Shown piece by piece: positions 12,085 through 24,455 of a DNA stretch of 64,000 nt. Origin of the DNA: Octopus vulgaris (lineage: Eukaryota). Positions within the stretch are counted from its first letter, which is position 1. Every line of letters begins with the position of its first letter. A model generated the notes under the pieces. The model did not search any database and was not told where the DNA came from. It saw nothing but the letters and a program-made list of their open reading frames with translations. The translations under genes were made by a program, and so were the position numbers. The stretch is from the NCBI GenBank assembly GCA_951406725.2, contig OX597821.1:88474001-88538000 (forward strand), in the 5' to 3' direction.

Positions 12085-13950
12085 TAATCAGTAAAGGAAA
12101 TTAATGTTTCTCGCGTCTTTATCTCTAAAACTTCTAACAACACTATCAAAATCAATTTCTCTGGCAGCATTTTATTCAATACTTAGTCTTGCTAAGTCAA
12201 CATGTCGCTGTTGAGATATGAGAGACCTTACAGTATTTTTCGTATGTTTGCTATAACATATTGGTGTTTGTGCAACTATAGCTAAAACTATTAATAGTAT
12301 TCTAAAACTAACACAAACATTTGGAAATATCTCTTAGATTTTCTAATCAGTTAACACATTTAACAATGTTAAAATATTCGGATATGAATTTCCAAAACTT
12401 TTTTCATGTGCTGACAGTAAATTTTCCATTTCTGACGGAAATATTTTATCGTTAACCTCAGTAGGATATATGTGCACTGAAACTTCTGCTTTTTCTGTAG
12501 CTCATGTTTATTCTAGACATATAGGAATATTCTAGGAGAAATTAAAATGTCCAACCAACTGCTTAAAAACAGTAAAACTGCAGTTAGTCCTGCAACAGCA
12601 TCATAACACAAAACATGAACCATCGATTTCCTGGAGTAAACATCTTCTAACAACTCATCAAAGTTCTCTTCACCAAGATTTCGTCAGGTATTATCTTACG
12701 GTGCAACCTCCCTTTACACGTTCTTCTCCAATCTCATGTAAGAGTTTCATGTTCCACATGATCTCATTCCATGTCTTTAGTCTGTAATTTTACTTGTTTC
12801 TTATGTTCATCAAATCTTCAAAGAGATTGTCAATGTTAAATGCCTTCACATCCAAAAATGATTCTTTTTTTTTTTTTGGCAAATATGTATTCGAGTCAAA
12901 GCTTAACTCCAGCAGACAAATTGAATGCATAAAGAACACTATTTACTAGTGCTCGCATTGTAATCACTTTATTTCTTGAAGGAAGTGAGATATTCCTGTC
13001 ACCAACTTTAAGATTTGCGAAATGTAATGGCAGTGAGCAGTAAACAGTGTAGTATCGTCTACATAAGTGCATGTATGATTCGTGAGTAATTCCCATAATT
13101 TTGAATGGGAACTAAAGAAATTATAAATCGGTTGGATTTTTCCAACCTATGATGTTGCTTCTGGCATGCAATTACTTGCATCGCTTCCACACTCATTTAA
13201 TGTGCAGCAAACACACAGAGCAAAGATTTTCATTAAACACTGTTGCGTATTTTTGGCTCTGATGCAATTGTAGTTTCCCGTTGTATTAGCCACGTTATCA
13301 CATGCATGCTTCCGGCAGGCACTGAGATGATTGGCGTTCTCTTGCAAGCTGTTAGTATTTAGATGAACAATATGTTCTCTGTGTTTATTTGTGCACTTTG
13401 TGAACTTAAGAAAACATACATTATACCTAAACATACTTTGAATCAATACGTCTAAATAGATATCTTGTCTGATTCCAGAGGCTGGAAACTTGTGTTACGT
13501 CTATCACTGCATAATTTAAAAGATCCGTTCTTTTGAGGTACGCCGTTTCACTATTTTGGAACAGTGAAATTTGAAGTTTGAGAAAATATATTGACAAAAA
13601 ATAAAAAAGGAAAAGAATCTGAGGTAATATGACAAGCAAAATAAACACTAAATTTAAGTGTTTAGACTAGTAGTGCAGTATTTAGATTACGTACCACATA
13701 ATTCTATTCTCTTTTCATCCGTTGACCTTAGAAACGCGTTGATATCCTTCCATTACATTCTGATATTCTCTGCACATCTCCTTGACGATCGAAAGATTTG
13801 ATTGGTCAAAGACATTTTGGGAGCATATATTTGCATAATTATCTACTAATTAATTTTCTTGTAACTATCTCGTAAGCGCTAATGCTAAACCAATTGAAAT
13901 TTCAGATTCAGGAACGTCATTCTAAGTTACATATATTGGAAAATAATAAT
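12085..13950 (-). pseudogene. Decayed hAT-superfamily (ZMYM1-like) transposase
   Basis: Minus-strand translation through stops and frameshifts: LSACRKHACDNVANTTGNYN (cf. CRGQxYDNAANMSG), IYNFFSSHSKLWELL, DVKAFNIDNLFEDL, and a C-terminal dimerisation-like EIFPNVCVSFRILL...VRSLISQQRHVDLARLSIE*NAAREIDFDSVV. TIRs not located; ends approximate. Confidence 0.8.
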
Positions 13951-14287
13951 GCAGTATGCAAGTGTTGTAATTTTATTATAACAAAAATGCATAAATTTAC
14001 TTGAAATGAATATATGAATTCTGTAAACCAGAATAAGTATATATTTTCTTTTTTTGCAAACTCCAAATTAATTTCAGGTATGCTTAGGAAGCTTACTACA
14101 TAAACTATAGAAGTAAAAAAGAAATTAAATTAAATATATTATAAACGGTAGTCTGAAGATTTATTCAATCGATAGTTTACGATAGATCTCTTAAACAGTT
14201 GAGCACGAACATTATTATTGCGTTCGTGAATTTTGTTTCGTGTGACGAGTTAGCTAAAGACGTAGGAGGTTTAAATATACCGTATAT

Positions 14288-14489
14288 ATTGATTTCAAAT
14301 TTTGAAACAAGGCCAGCAAGTAGATAGACGATTACATTGATCCCCAGTTCTCAACAGGCCTTGCTTTATCGACTCAGGATGAAAGATAAAGTCTGCCTCG
14401 GCGGAGTTTGAACTCAGAATGTCAACATAGAGGAAATGCCGCTAAGCATTTTGCCCTGCGTGCGAACGATTCTGCCAATTCGCCTCCCT
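14288..14489 (-). mobile_element. SINE family B, diverged, tail type 2
   Basis: Plus strand TTTCAAATTTTGAAACAAGGCCAG...GCCGCTAAGCATTTTGCCC...CTGCCAATTCGCC is the reverse complement of the family pattern. Confidence 0.85.
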
Positions 14490-14533
14490 AGCTGAAGCAT
14501 ATATTGATAGAAGCATCACAAAGCTAATATACT

Positions 14534-14622
<89 letters not shown>

Positions 14623-15549
14623 ATATACTTTCTATTTCACAGTGTATCTCTAAAAAACCATTATGGAAAAAAATTCCCTCCTGCTGTTGTTCAGTGAACT
14701 TTGTGCGAAGATTACGTAAAATAAATCTCTAGTTATAGTACAGTGCGGTAAAACAAAAGGTGAGATTGGACAATTAATACAGAACGCAGAAATCAGTTTC
14801 ACACATCGGTTATGATAGCAAAATTTCGTCTACAAAATTACAAATTTTGACTTAAAAGAAAAAAAGAAGCATCTGTTAGAAATTGAGAAACGTAATTTTC
14901 GTGCACTTAAAAATTTTTTCCCTTCCGTTTTTTATTATTGGTGATTTCATGAAATTCCTTTGATCAACATTCTTTAATCCTAATGTGCACCAGAAATGTG
15001 ATTAAACTTAAAAATTGATAGTTCTGTGCTACTGATAGCTTTGTCTTTCTCTTTGAAAATGAAAATTAAATATAATATACGATTAATGAGTCTAAATTAG
15101 AGTATTTCGGAGGATATTTTTTATACAAATTTTGGTTTCGGAAATACAAATCTTGAAAACCTTAACTTGAATATAATTTGGATAATTTTGGACGTCCGAT
15201 TCAAACTTACATAAACACAATATCAGTGTTTATCAAACCATAGCTGATAATCTTGTGCAAAAGTACAACCATTCATTTGACAGGGAGAAATGATCTGTTT
15301 GTCTGGTATAAATAATCGACATTGCAAATATATTTTAGTAAAGTTATGCTTTTGATCGGAAGTGAAATTTAGGCGTTTATCTTTCCAACTTTCACAAAGA
15401 CGATATTCGGCTATGCCAGAACTATTCAACAGTTTGCGAGATAAGCTATACAAGCAAACTTATAAATCATAGTCATTCTACTGAAGAATAAGATCTCAAG
15501 CAGAAAGCATCAAAGCTGATGAACATTCAAGCATACGTAAATGTCGAAG

Positions 15550-16400
15550 TACGAGGGACAAAATATTGACCTTCGAAATCTCTGAGAGGAATATCCTCTA
15601 TACCAACAGATAGTCCTACCACCACTTCATAAAGATGAGCTGGATACTATCTTATATAATATTTTATGTGCTGCATATACGAATTCCATAAGAGGTAGAT
15701 GTTAACATGCTAACCTATAATTTTAGGCCAGGGTCTCCAGTGCGGTATTAAGCCAAGGATTCATTGGAGGGCGAAATGATTCCATGCTACCAAAATAGTC
15801 CATGAAATGAAAGTGTACTCCTCTCGTTTACTTTCTTCGGCATTTTTCTCCAGTAGATCATGAACGATTGCATTGATATTGTTTTGACCCTGTTATCTTC
15901 CATTGAGAACCTCATATATCTAAGACTTGTCGACTATAGTTATGGGCAAACACGAAGGCCGATGCATTGTTCGAGTTTCTCACCTACCTTGATGGATCCT
16001 TCTTTAAGACTGGAACGAATTTTGGTGTTGCAGAATCAAACTGATCACGACTTCCAACCGTGTCATCACAACAGAGAGCTATGTCCGAAGAGGGAAACTA
16101 AATGAGGACAATGATTAATAATAGAAGATAATGACATAAAAATTTATAGAACAACTGTACAGGCAATGACCATGCTGAAGGGCAAGATCATATTTTGCGC
16201 GCATTTTTATTGCTTGTTTTCGTGCGTGCTTGTGGGACACAAATCCACACTGGAGAAACAAGACGATACTGGTAATGGAAAGAGAAGCTGTTAGAACTTT
16301 AGCATTGTATACTTTGACAGCATTGCAAATGAGCAGCTCTGGGAAACCATCTGCGTCACATCGGCCTGCTTTAAACCTTCTCATAGCGTAAAGAAGTTAA
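15550..16400 (-). pseudogene. Very decayed RTE-like reverse transcriptase remnant
   Basis: Ordered motif remnants on the minus strand: GFPELLICNAVKVYNAK (cf. GxPExLI), LQHGHCL (cf. QGxxL), SDIAL (cf. ADDIAL), IKVGEKLEQ. Many lesions. Confidence 0.45.
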
Positions 16401-16473
16401 ATCTTAGAAAATATAGTCATATAAGTTCCAGTATCTTTGAATTGACTATTTTCAACGAATTTTCCAGGGAGAA

Positions 16474-16670
16474 ACTCTTTTACTCTCTCTTTTACTTGTT
16501 TCAGTCATTTGAATGCGGCCATGCTGGAGCACCGCCTTTAGTCGAGCAACGAGACCCCGGGACTTATTCTTTGTAAGCCCAGTACTTATTCTATCGGTCT
16601 CTTTTGCCGAACCGCTAAGTTACGGGGACGTAAACACACCAGCATCGGTTGTCAAGCAATGCTAGGGGGA

Positions 16671-16707
<37 letters not shown>

Positions 16708-16880
16708 ATATATATATACATATATACGACAGGCTTCTTTCAGTTTCCGTCTACCAAATCCACTCACAAGGCATTGGTCGGCCTGGGGCTATAGTAGAAG
16801 ACACTTGCCCAAGATGCCACGCAGTGGGACTGAACCCGGAACCATGTGGTTGGTTAGCAAGCTACTTACCACACAGCCAC
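16474..16880 (-). mobile_element. SINE family A, lacking about 11 nt at the 5' end
   Basis: Near-identical to 9441-9893; the match stops at CACAGCCAC. Confidence 0.95.
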
Positions 16881-17154
16881 AGAGGAAAAAGAAAAAGATT
16901 TTAAAATATCAACGTGGAATAGACGAGCAAATCATAGGCGCAGATGTGGTCTGGAAAGTAGCTGCATCAAACAGGAAAAACTGGTGCATAACATACCATT
17001 GCAGCGTTAATACGAATCCATCAGCTTTTGAGAATATGACGGGTCTGTAAAAGAGCAAGCATATGCATGATTATAGATGTGTGTATATGTGAGCTTCTTT
17101 GCATATGTGTATATACACTCGTATATTTATATACTTGTATAAGTGTATGTATAG

Positions 17155-17189
<35 letters not shown>

Positions 17190-17379
17190 TAATTGTTTGT
17201 GTGTGTGTGTGTAAGTGTGCGTTTGTGTAAGCGTGCTCGCGAGTGAGTGCGTTAAAACGTACATATATATATATATACATACATATATATTTATATATAT
17301 ATATATATATATATATACATACATATACATATATACACACATACATGTTCATGCCTACTTATATATGCATGTATATACA

Positions 17380-17854
17380 TGCATAAATGGGTACAGGGTC
17401 TCCAAAAACGTGAACAAAATGAGAAAAGAGAGCATAAAAGACAAAAGCATGGAAAACGAACTTTTTTCGCGCAACGAAAGAAACAAGTAGAGAAACGAGA
17501 CAGGCAGCATAAACAACATTCCCTTCATCAGTTTTCCTCTGTTTTATCTACTCCGCGTTGCGAAAGTAGGGACAAGACGCTACTTCGTTAAAACAGTCCT
17601 TAACGCAAAGCCATAACGAGGTGAAGTGGTGAACGCTGAAAAAACGAGCTTTGAGAAAAGTGACTCTCTCGTGGCTCTTACGTGACCAATGTCTATCTAT
17701 CTTTCTTTCTTCCACTTCCTTGCTAAAGATAAGACGTGCTTTTGCCTGTCTCTTCTCAAAGCTCGTTTTTCCAGCCTTCCCCACTTCACATCGTTATGGC
17801 TTAATAGCCCTCACCGTTTGTTTTTACTGTTTTGCTCTTACTATCCTGTTTTTG

Positions 17855-17856
<2 letters not shown>
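17380..17856 (-). mobile_element. Penelope-like pseudo-LTR composite with a 50-bp internal inverted repeat
   Basis: 17388-17600 is collinear with 25914-26110 (GTACAGG..., GACAGGCA, CCCTTC(A/T)TCAG, ATCTACT, AGACG..ACTTCG); IR arms 17608-17657 and 17753-17802; (TA)-rich tracts on both sides. PLE assignment is inference from hammerhead-like cores and architecture. Confidence 0.6.
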
Positions 17857-17887
<31 letters not shown>

Positions 17888-18399
17888 AACGCGCAGAGAG
17901 ACATATGTTTTATAGGAAAATCCACTACAAATATATATTCACATATCCAAAGGACCAATGTCCCAACTGGTAATTCATTATTTTCATTTTATATCTTCAT
18001 CTTATCTTATTCTTGGGTATACTGTCCATTTGTATATTTAATTTAGCTTTATTCCATCGTTAAATAACTTTATAGTCACCACTTTGGGACACTCCCACAC
18101 GCTCGCACTCCACGCATATTTACATCTGTATATATGTATGTGTGTGTATGTGTGTGTATACGGTATTGCACTTTGCTAATTGTCTTGTATTATATCAACT
18201 GTGGTGTATACCAATTCTTCTCTAGTTTATTTCCAGTGTTCAGTTTTATTTATTTTCACATATATGGAAACTTAACCACGTGAAAGGATGTTTGTATCCA
18301 ATGAAATACTAGTCCAATGCCTAGTATTTTTGAGGAATGAAACTCCCTTAAAACAATAGGTATATATAAAGCATATAGTTTATATCCATTTAAAAGAAG

Positions 18400-18900
18400 A
18401 AAAGGGAAGAAAATTGAGATAAGGAAGTTAATAATTGTTTATTATTAACAAATAGGACATACTCACTAATTACACCTGTTTCAATTGCTACTCAACAATT
18501 TCGTTACAAATTTGTACATAAAACTTGCATTTATGTGACATGAGTAATTTCATCAGAAGCAAAAAAAAAATGTACCTTTGGATGTTATATGTGGACTTAT
18601 AAACAGACATATTTTTATATATAAATAAAAACCTTTTCTTAATTTTTTATACACATCTCTAAACAATGTCAGTTGTTTACTCTTCTCGATATGCATGTTT
18701 GTCTTTTCAGTTCTCATTTTTTTTACCAAAAGTTTTTGATATTCTATTTGTATCTTTTTCTCATTTCAACTCTTTCAGAATTTATCCATATCTTGTGCAG
18801 TTCTTTTATATATATATTCGTTTTGTTATCAAGCTATTTTCTTATCTCTTGGATTTTTCATGTTAAGCCAACTGTTTGTAATCATCAGTGAGTTTTTTCG
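18400..18900 (-). mobile_element. Penelope-like 3' remnant with hammerhead-like motif (18465-18560)
   Basis: Minus strand CTGATGA-[AATTACTCA...TGAGTAGCAATT]-GAAA-CAGGTG-TA, downstream of an A-rich stretch that looks like decayed coding sequence. Confidence 0.5.
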
Positions 18901-19088
18901 TTTCTGCCTTACTAACATTTTAGCATTCCACTGTGTATCCCACACTTCTATTGAAAGCATAAGGAGACACACAAAAACACACGAGCTCTCGCATGCACAC
19001 ACGTCGTGCGTAATCTTATCACACTTAGCCTGACCAAATTTATTTTTCTTCTGAAACTCAATTTGTTCCCCCGCATCTCTCTCGTTTC

Positions 19089-19166
<78 letters not shown>

Positions 19167-19412
19167 ATATATATATATATATATATATATCTGCAGACAG
19201 AAAGATAGATAGATAGACAGACAGCTTTAACTTACCTAAAATCTTACCACTTCTTAGTACTTCTGTCCCTTTCATCTGCTCATATACAAACACACATACT
19301 CCCTCTCTTTATTCTCATATCTTTCAATTCATTTGTTCACTCCATTTACTATATATACATACACAAGCGCGCACCCGCGCATTCACACACACATACATAC
19401 AGATGTATGTAC

Positions 19413-19487
<75 letters not shown>

Positions 19488-19644
19488 AATACATATTTAT
19501 ATATATAAATATATATAAATATACATATATATAGCTATATATATGTCTATATTTATAAATAAATATACACACCCAGATATACATATACATATATAAATAT
19601 ACATATATATATACATATATATGTATATATATATAAATATACAT

Positions 19645-19677
<33 letters not shown>

Positions 19678-20445
19678 AATATATATAAATACACACTCAC
19701 ACACACATATATATCCAACCATCCATACATACATACATACATACATACATACATGTAAACATCCATACATTCACAAATACATGTACACACAAACACATGC
19801 ATATATTTCACACTCTCTCCTTGACACGAATGCACATGCTGCACGACCGCACGCACACCTTCCTCTCTCTCCCCTTTCTCTCTTTCTCTCTCCATGAACC
19901 TTCCTTTTGCGTTTTTGGCTTTTCCTAAAGATTGCATCTTTTCTAAAATGAATAAGAAACCAAACAAACAAACAAACATACGCGCTGAAGAAAAATAAAC
20001 TAAAATGAATTTTTTTTTTCCCTCATTCTTAAAAATTTAGAAGAATTTCCCACTACAGAAAATACAATATAAAGTTTTATAATAAAAGAGAAGCAAAACA
20101 ATACAACAGAGAGTTCACATAAAATAATATCATCCGATTTAAGCATTGGTTAAATTCTTCAATAAGGTTGAATTTCTCTTTTCTCTTTTGGTTGTGAAAG
20201 AATGAAAATATCTAATTTTCCAGTGGCAACTTTCTCTTGATCACTATCTTGTTTAAATATTGCGCACTGACAATTTGGAATTGATGACCTGCCATTGATG
20301 GTGCCATTCCTTAACCTTTCCAAGTCCATAACTTCTGGCTGTGTGATGTAATAGACCATTACATATATAACGTATTCTTGCTGTAAAAGCCAGCTGTCAC
20401 CGAGTTAACCTCCTCTCAGACCACGGCTGCTGGCAACATTCTATA

Positions 20446-20473
20446 ATGACTACTGCTCCTGCTGCTGCTGCTG

Positions 20474-20519
<46 letters not shown>

Positions 20520-20959
20520 AACTACTACTACTGAATAAGCAACTGCTGTTGCTACAAACATAAAGTTTCTGGTTACAAAAGCAGCTGTCAAAGAGCTAAA
20601 CCTTTCGCAGACTACAACTACAGGCAGTGCTTTGTAGAAATTAGCTGTTGATACTTCTCCCCGCCTCTTCCTCCTCCTCCCCTCTTCTTCCTTCTCTCCT
20701 CCTTCTTTCCTCTTCCTCCTCTTCCAACTCCTACAACAACAACAACAACAACTACAACTACTACTACTACTAATAATAATATTAATAATGATAATAATGC
20801 TATCAACACCACCCCAGTCATTACCACCATTGCCGTCGCCGTAACTAAGTCACCGCCGCCACCACTAACATCCCACCACCATACCGCCACCGCCACCGCT
20901 ACCAATACTTCAACTAGTAGCGGCAGCAACCCCACCACCAATCACATCATCATTATCAT

Positions 20960-20991
<32 letters not shown>

Positions 20992-21240
20992 GAAGCAGAA
21001 GCACCACCACTACCACCACCTTCATCATCTTCATCATCCTCAGCACCACCACCACCACCACTAACACCACCATCACTACCACCACCTCCGCCGCAGCCAG
21101 TGCCATTACCATAATCACTATGGCCACCGCCGGCGACGACACTGCCACCACCAACATCACCACCGCCACCACCACCACCACCACCACCGCCGCCGCCACC
21201 ACCACCGCCGCCACCACCACCACCACCACCACCACCACTT

Positions 21241-21280
<40 letters not shown>

Positions 21281-21282
21281 CT
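20446..21282. repeat. Mixed trinucleotide repeats (CTA/CTG/CAA/CAT/CAG/CAC/CGC)n
   Basis: Directly visible; source of the poly-V and poly-L ORFs. Confidence 0.95.
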
Positions 21283-22026
21283 TCTTGTAAGTAATGCTAA
21301 CGCTAATGTTTTCCATGATCCATAGCTGCTGGCTATTAGGTATTCTATTTTAAATGTAAATCATGTTCTCAACATGCTAACCTTTTCACAGTCCATAGCC
21401 ACAAGCATTGTGCAATATTTACAATAATATATAAGAACTCTAACTGTAAACCAAGTTGTCAGCAAGTTAATATCCTCGCAGTCCATAGATGCTGTTAGTA
21501 ATAGTCATTGCTTCCTCTCTATTCTAATTTTATGAATTAAAATTTCGAAGTTATCTCCCTTCCGCGCATAGACATATTCACAGGCGCTCGCGCGCGCACA
21601 CACACACACAGAGACACTCTCTTATACACACAAGCTTTGTTTAGCAGAATTCATATTTCGGCAAAGGACGCTTTTTTCTCTTTGTTGCGTATTCTAACAT
21701 TTTAGTATTCTATTTATCTGTTGCAGCCAGAGGCTTAAGCCATGCTGGGACACCGTACTATTATTATTAATTTAATTAGGTGGGTGCCTTTTAATAAATT
21801 TCAGTGAAGTAAAATCTCAAATTTCTTTCCATTGCCATTATGGAGAGGAATAATTATAGAGCTAATTTTTCTCCCTAGTACTCGTCTAATTTGAATAAAT
21901 AAAAATGAAAAATTTCATTACATTTCTTATGTTTGCAACGATTTGACTACGTTATCGTGTACTGCAATGGTACCCAACCTTTTTTATTAAAATGAGTCTT
22001 CCCATGCTTAAATATATATATATATA

Positions 22027-22213
22027 CATAGGAAGAGTTTATGAAAAAAACAAAAGACGAAGAGAGTTGGTGTACAAAACAAACAGATGTATTGGTATAA
22101 CGCTCAGGAATAGAAAAAGGCTTTTACGTTTCGACCCTACGCTCTTTTACAGAAAGGGACACAGAAAAAACTAGGAGAGAGACAAGGAGAGAAAAAAATA
22201 TGTGTAGTGGCTC
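22027..22213 (-). mobile_element. Short PLE-type pseudo-LTR fragment with variant minimal hammerhead motif
   Basis: Homologous to 32513-32642; minus strand AAGAGCGTAGGGTCGAAACGTAAAAG; 3' end runs into (TA)n. Confidence 0.65.
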
Positions 22214-22219
22214 ATATAT

Positions 22220-22630
22220 AAATTCTCTAATTGGAATGACCAGGTTTAAAAACTACTGGATCTCACTCATAAGGGAATCTTACATTGTGTATAAACTCTA
22301 TATTTGGAAGGACCCATTATTTTAAACTCTGTTGGATTTTTGGACTTTACTCACAGGGTATTGGAATACTACATATATACCATTCTGCCTAAAAATGCAT
22401 TTACATCTTCAATATCCATACACATCTTGCATATATTTTCTTTCCTCCACCTCACTCTCCCTTTTGTTCACATCTAAACTAACTATGACTTAACTGTCCT
22501 CTCACACCGTCTCTGATGAAGGGATATAATTTATAAATATCCTGGAAACACCTGTAAGACCTTCTAGCTATAAATGTTCTAATATCTACACAGCCTTGGT
22601 TCTTTATCTCATTACGTAAAAAATTCTTAT
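22220..22630 (+). mobile_element. PLE-type pseudo-LTR fragment carrying a hammerhead
   Basis: Non-microsatellite segment containing the 22509-22560 hammerhead and ending in (TA)n. Confidence 0.65.
22509..22560 (+). ncRNA. Type I minimal hammerhead ribozyme motif
   Basis: Stem I GTCT/AGAC; core CTGATGA 22513-22519; stem II GGGATAT/ATATCCT with an A.G basal pair; GAAA 22545-22548; stem III C-ACCT-G; GUA triplet, predicted cut after 22556. Confidence 0.75.
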
Positions 22631-22702
22631 ATGTGTATATATATATATAACTAAATTCAAAATTTCATAAATATATATATAACTGAATTCAAAATTTTAT
22701 AT

Positions 22703-22786
<84 letters not shown>

Positions 22787-24002
22787 GAAATTTTGAATTT
22801 AGTTCACAGACCCCCCAGTACTAACTTCGCGGATTGCAGGTTGGGAACCACTGATGTAGTTTATGAATTAAATATATGTCTTATTTAGCTGTGATTAACG
22901 GGAATTTAAACATTTTTTTAATACTATGGCCAAAATGTTGAAATAATGCTAATACTTTTTGATATGTGAAAATTGCTTAGGCTAGGGCTTAATGAAGGAC
23001 ACACTGCATAACGTAGACTCACCTAAACTGTATCAGAATAAAAGGAGATATACATGGCTGGAAAATTTTTGATTTTAATTATCCTCAATCAGGGCTGACT
23101 TGTTAAAAGAAACAAGTGCACCTCTACTTTTTATCTTGGTTATGAATGAAAAAATGTTTCCGTAAGTGTTGTTATTATTTAGATCCCAGAGGGCCCTCAT
23201 TCAGAAGAATCATTACATGTGGAGTAATTTTCAGGCACGACATTATCCAAATGTTCTGCTTTACTGAATGGGATAGGATAGGATTCGCAGAGGATTCAGT
23301 CGCACTTTCTAGTAGGCCAAACGAACGCGTTTAGATTTCCTAGTTAATTCTTCCGTTCCCTTTTTTTAGATCAGTGTAACAGGAATTACAGCTTGTGTTG
23401 ATTTGTAATAAATTAGATTAAAAAACACAAAACGTCTTCTTGGATTGTTAACTGAAGGAGATTCTGCTGAAGCTGGCATCAACGTGAAATACTTACTAAT
23501 TGATTAGCTAACGCATAAATCAATTTATCAATTGCTTAATCAGTCATTCAATTAATTTAATCAATCAATCAATCAATCATTCAGTCAGTCCTTAAATTAA
23601 TTACTTAAGTTTTATTAATTTGTTTATTTGTTACAAATAGGCTAAATAGTATTAACATACATTATATTTGCATATCAAAATCTAGTAGGAATAAGTACGC
23701 CGTAACTGAAATGATTTAAGAGCGCCGTCTTGAGAAAGCTGTGTTTAATGTGTTTACATTAGGGTGTTGAATGTAAGGGTTCACTTCACGGGGTTAACTT
23801 CAAGGATTTGACTTTAGAAGGGGACACTCTCCAATCTGCATATATATATCTATAGAAAGAGTGAAATTTTACTGAGATTCTAATCGGGGAACGACAAAAG
23901 CGACAGCTATATAGTGTGAGGGCAATATGTGTGTATTTTAATGGACACTAAGCGAAGTTAATACTGCATGAGTCATGGTGGTAGAGTTCAGAACAGCATT
24001 GA

Positions 24003-24247
24003 CTTTACTCTTTTACTCTTTTATTTGTTTCACTCATTTGACTGTTGCCATGCTGGAACACCGCCTTTATAGTCGAGCAAATCGACCCCAGAACTTATTC
24101 TTTGTAAACCGAGTACTTATTCTATCGGTCTCTTTTGCCGAACCGCTAAGTTACAGAGACATAAACACACCAGCACCGGTTATCAAGCAATGTTGGGGGG
24201 ACAAACACAGACACACAAACATATATACACACACACACATATATATA

Positions 24248-24289
<42 letters not shown>

Positions 24290-24455
24290 TACGATGGGCT
24301 TCTTTCAGTTTCCGTCTACCAAATCTACTCACAAAGATTTAGTCGGCCCGAGGTTATAGTAGAAGACACTTGCCCAAGGTGCCACGCAGTTGGACTGAAC
24401 CCGGAGCCATGTGGTTCGTAAGCAATCTACTTACCACACAGCCACTCCTACGCCT
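24003..24455 (-). mobile_element. SINE family A, full length, more diverged
   Basis: Same head, CORE-like box, internal microsatellite and tail as 9441-9893. Confidence 0.95.

Larger units (their letters stand above)
21965..22853. mobile_element. hAT (Charlie-like) MITE split by nested insertions
   Basis: TIRs CAATGGTACCCAACCT (21965-21980) and AGGTTGGGAACCACTG (22838-22853), 14/16 complementary; 8-bp flanks GTGTACTG / ATGTAGTT match only 5/8. Confidence 0.7.

Noticed and set aside
20159-20359. 66-aa non-repetitive ORF with a possible upstream acceptor
   Set aside because: No recognisable homology or partner exons; length is within chance expectation.
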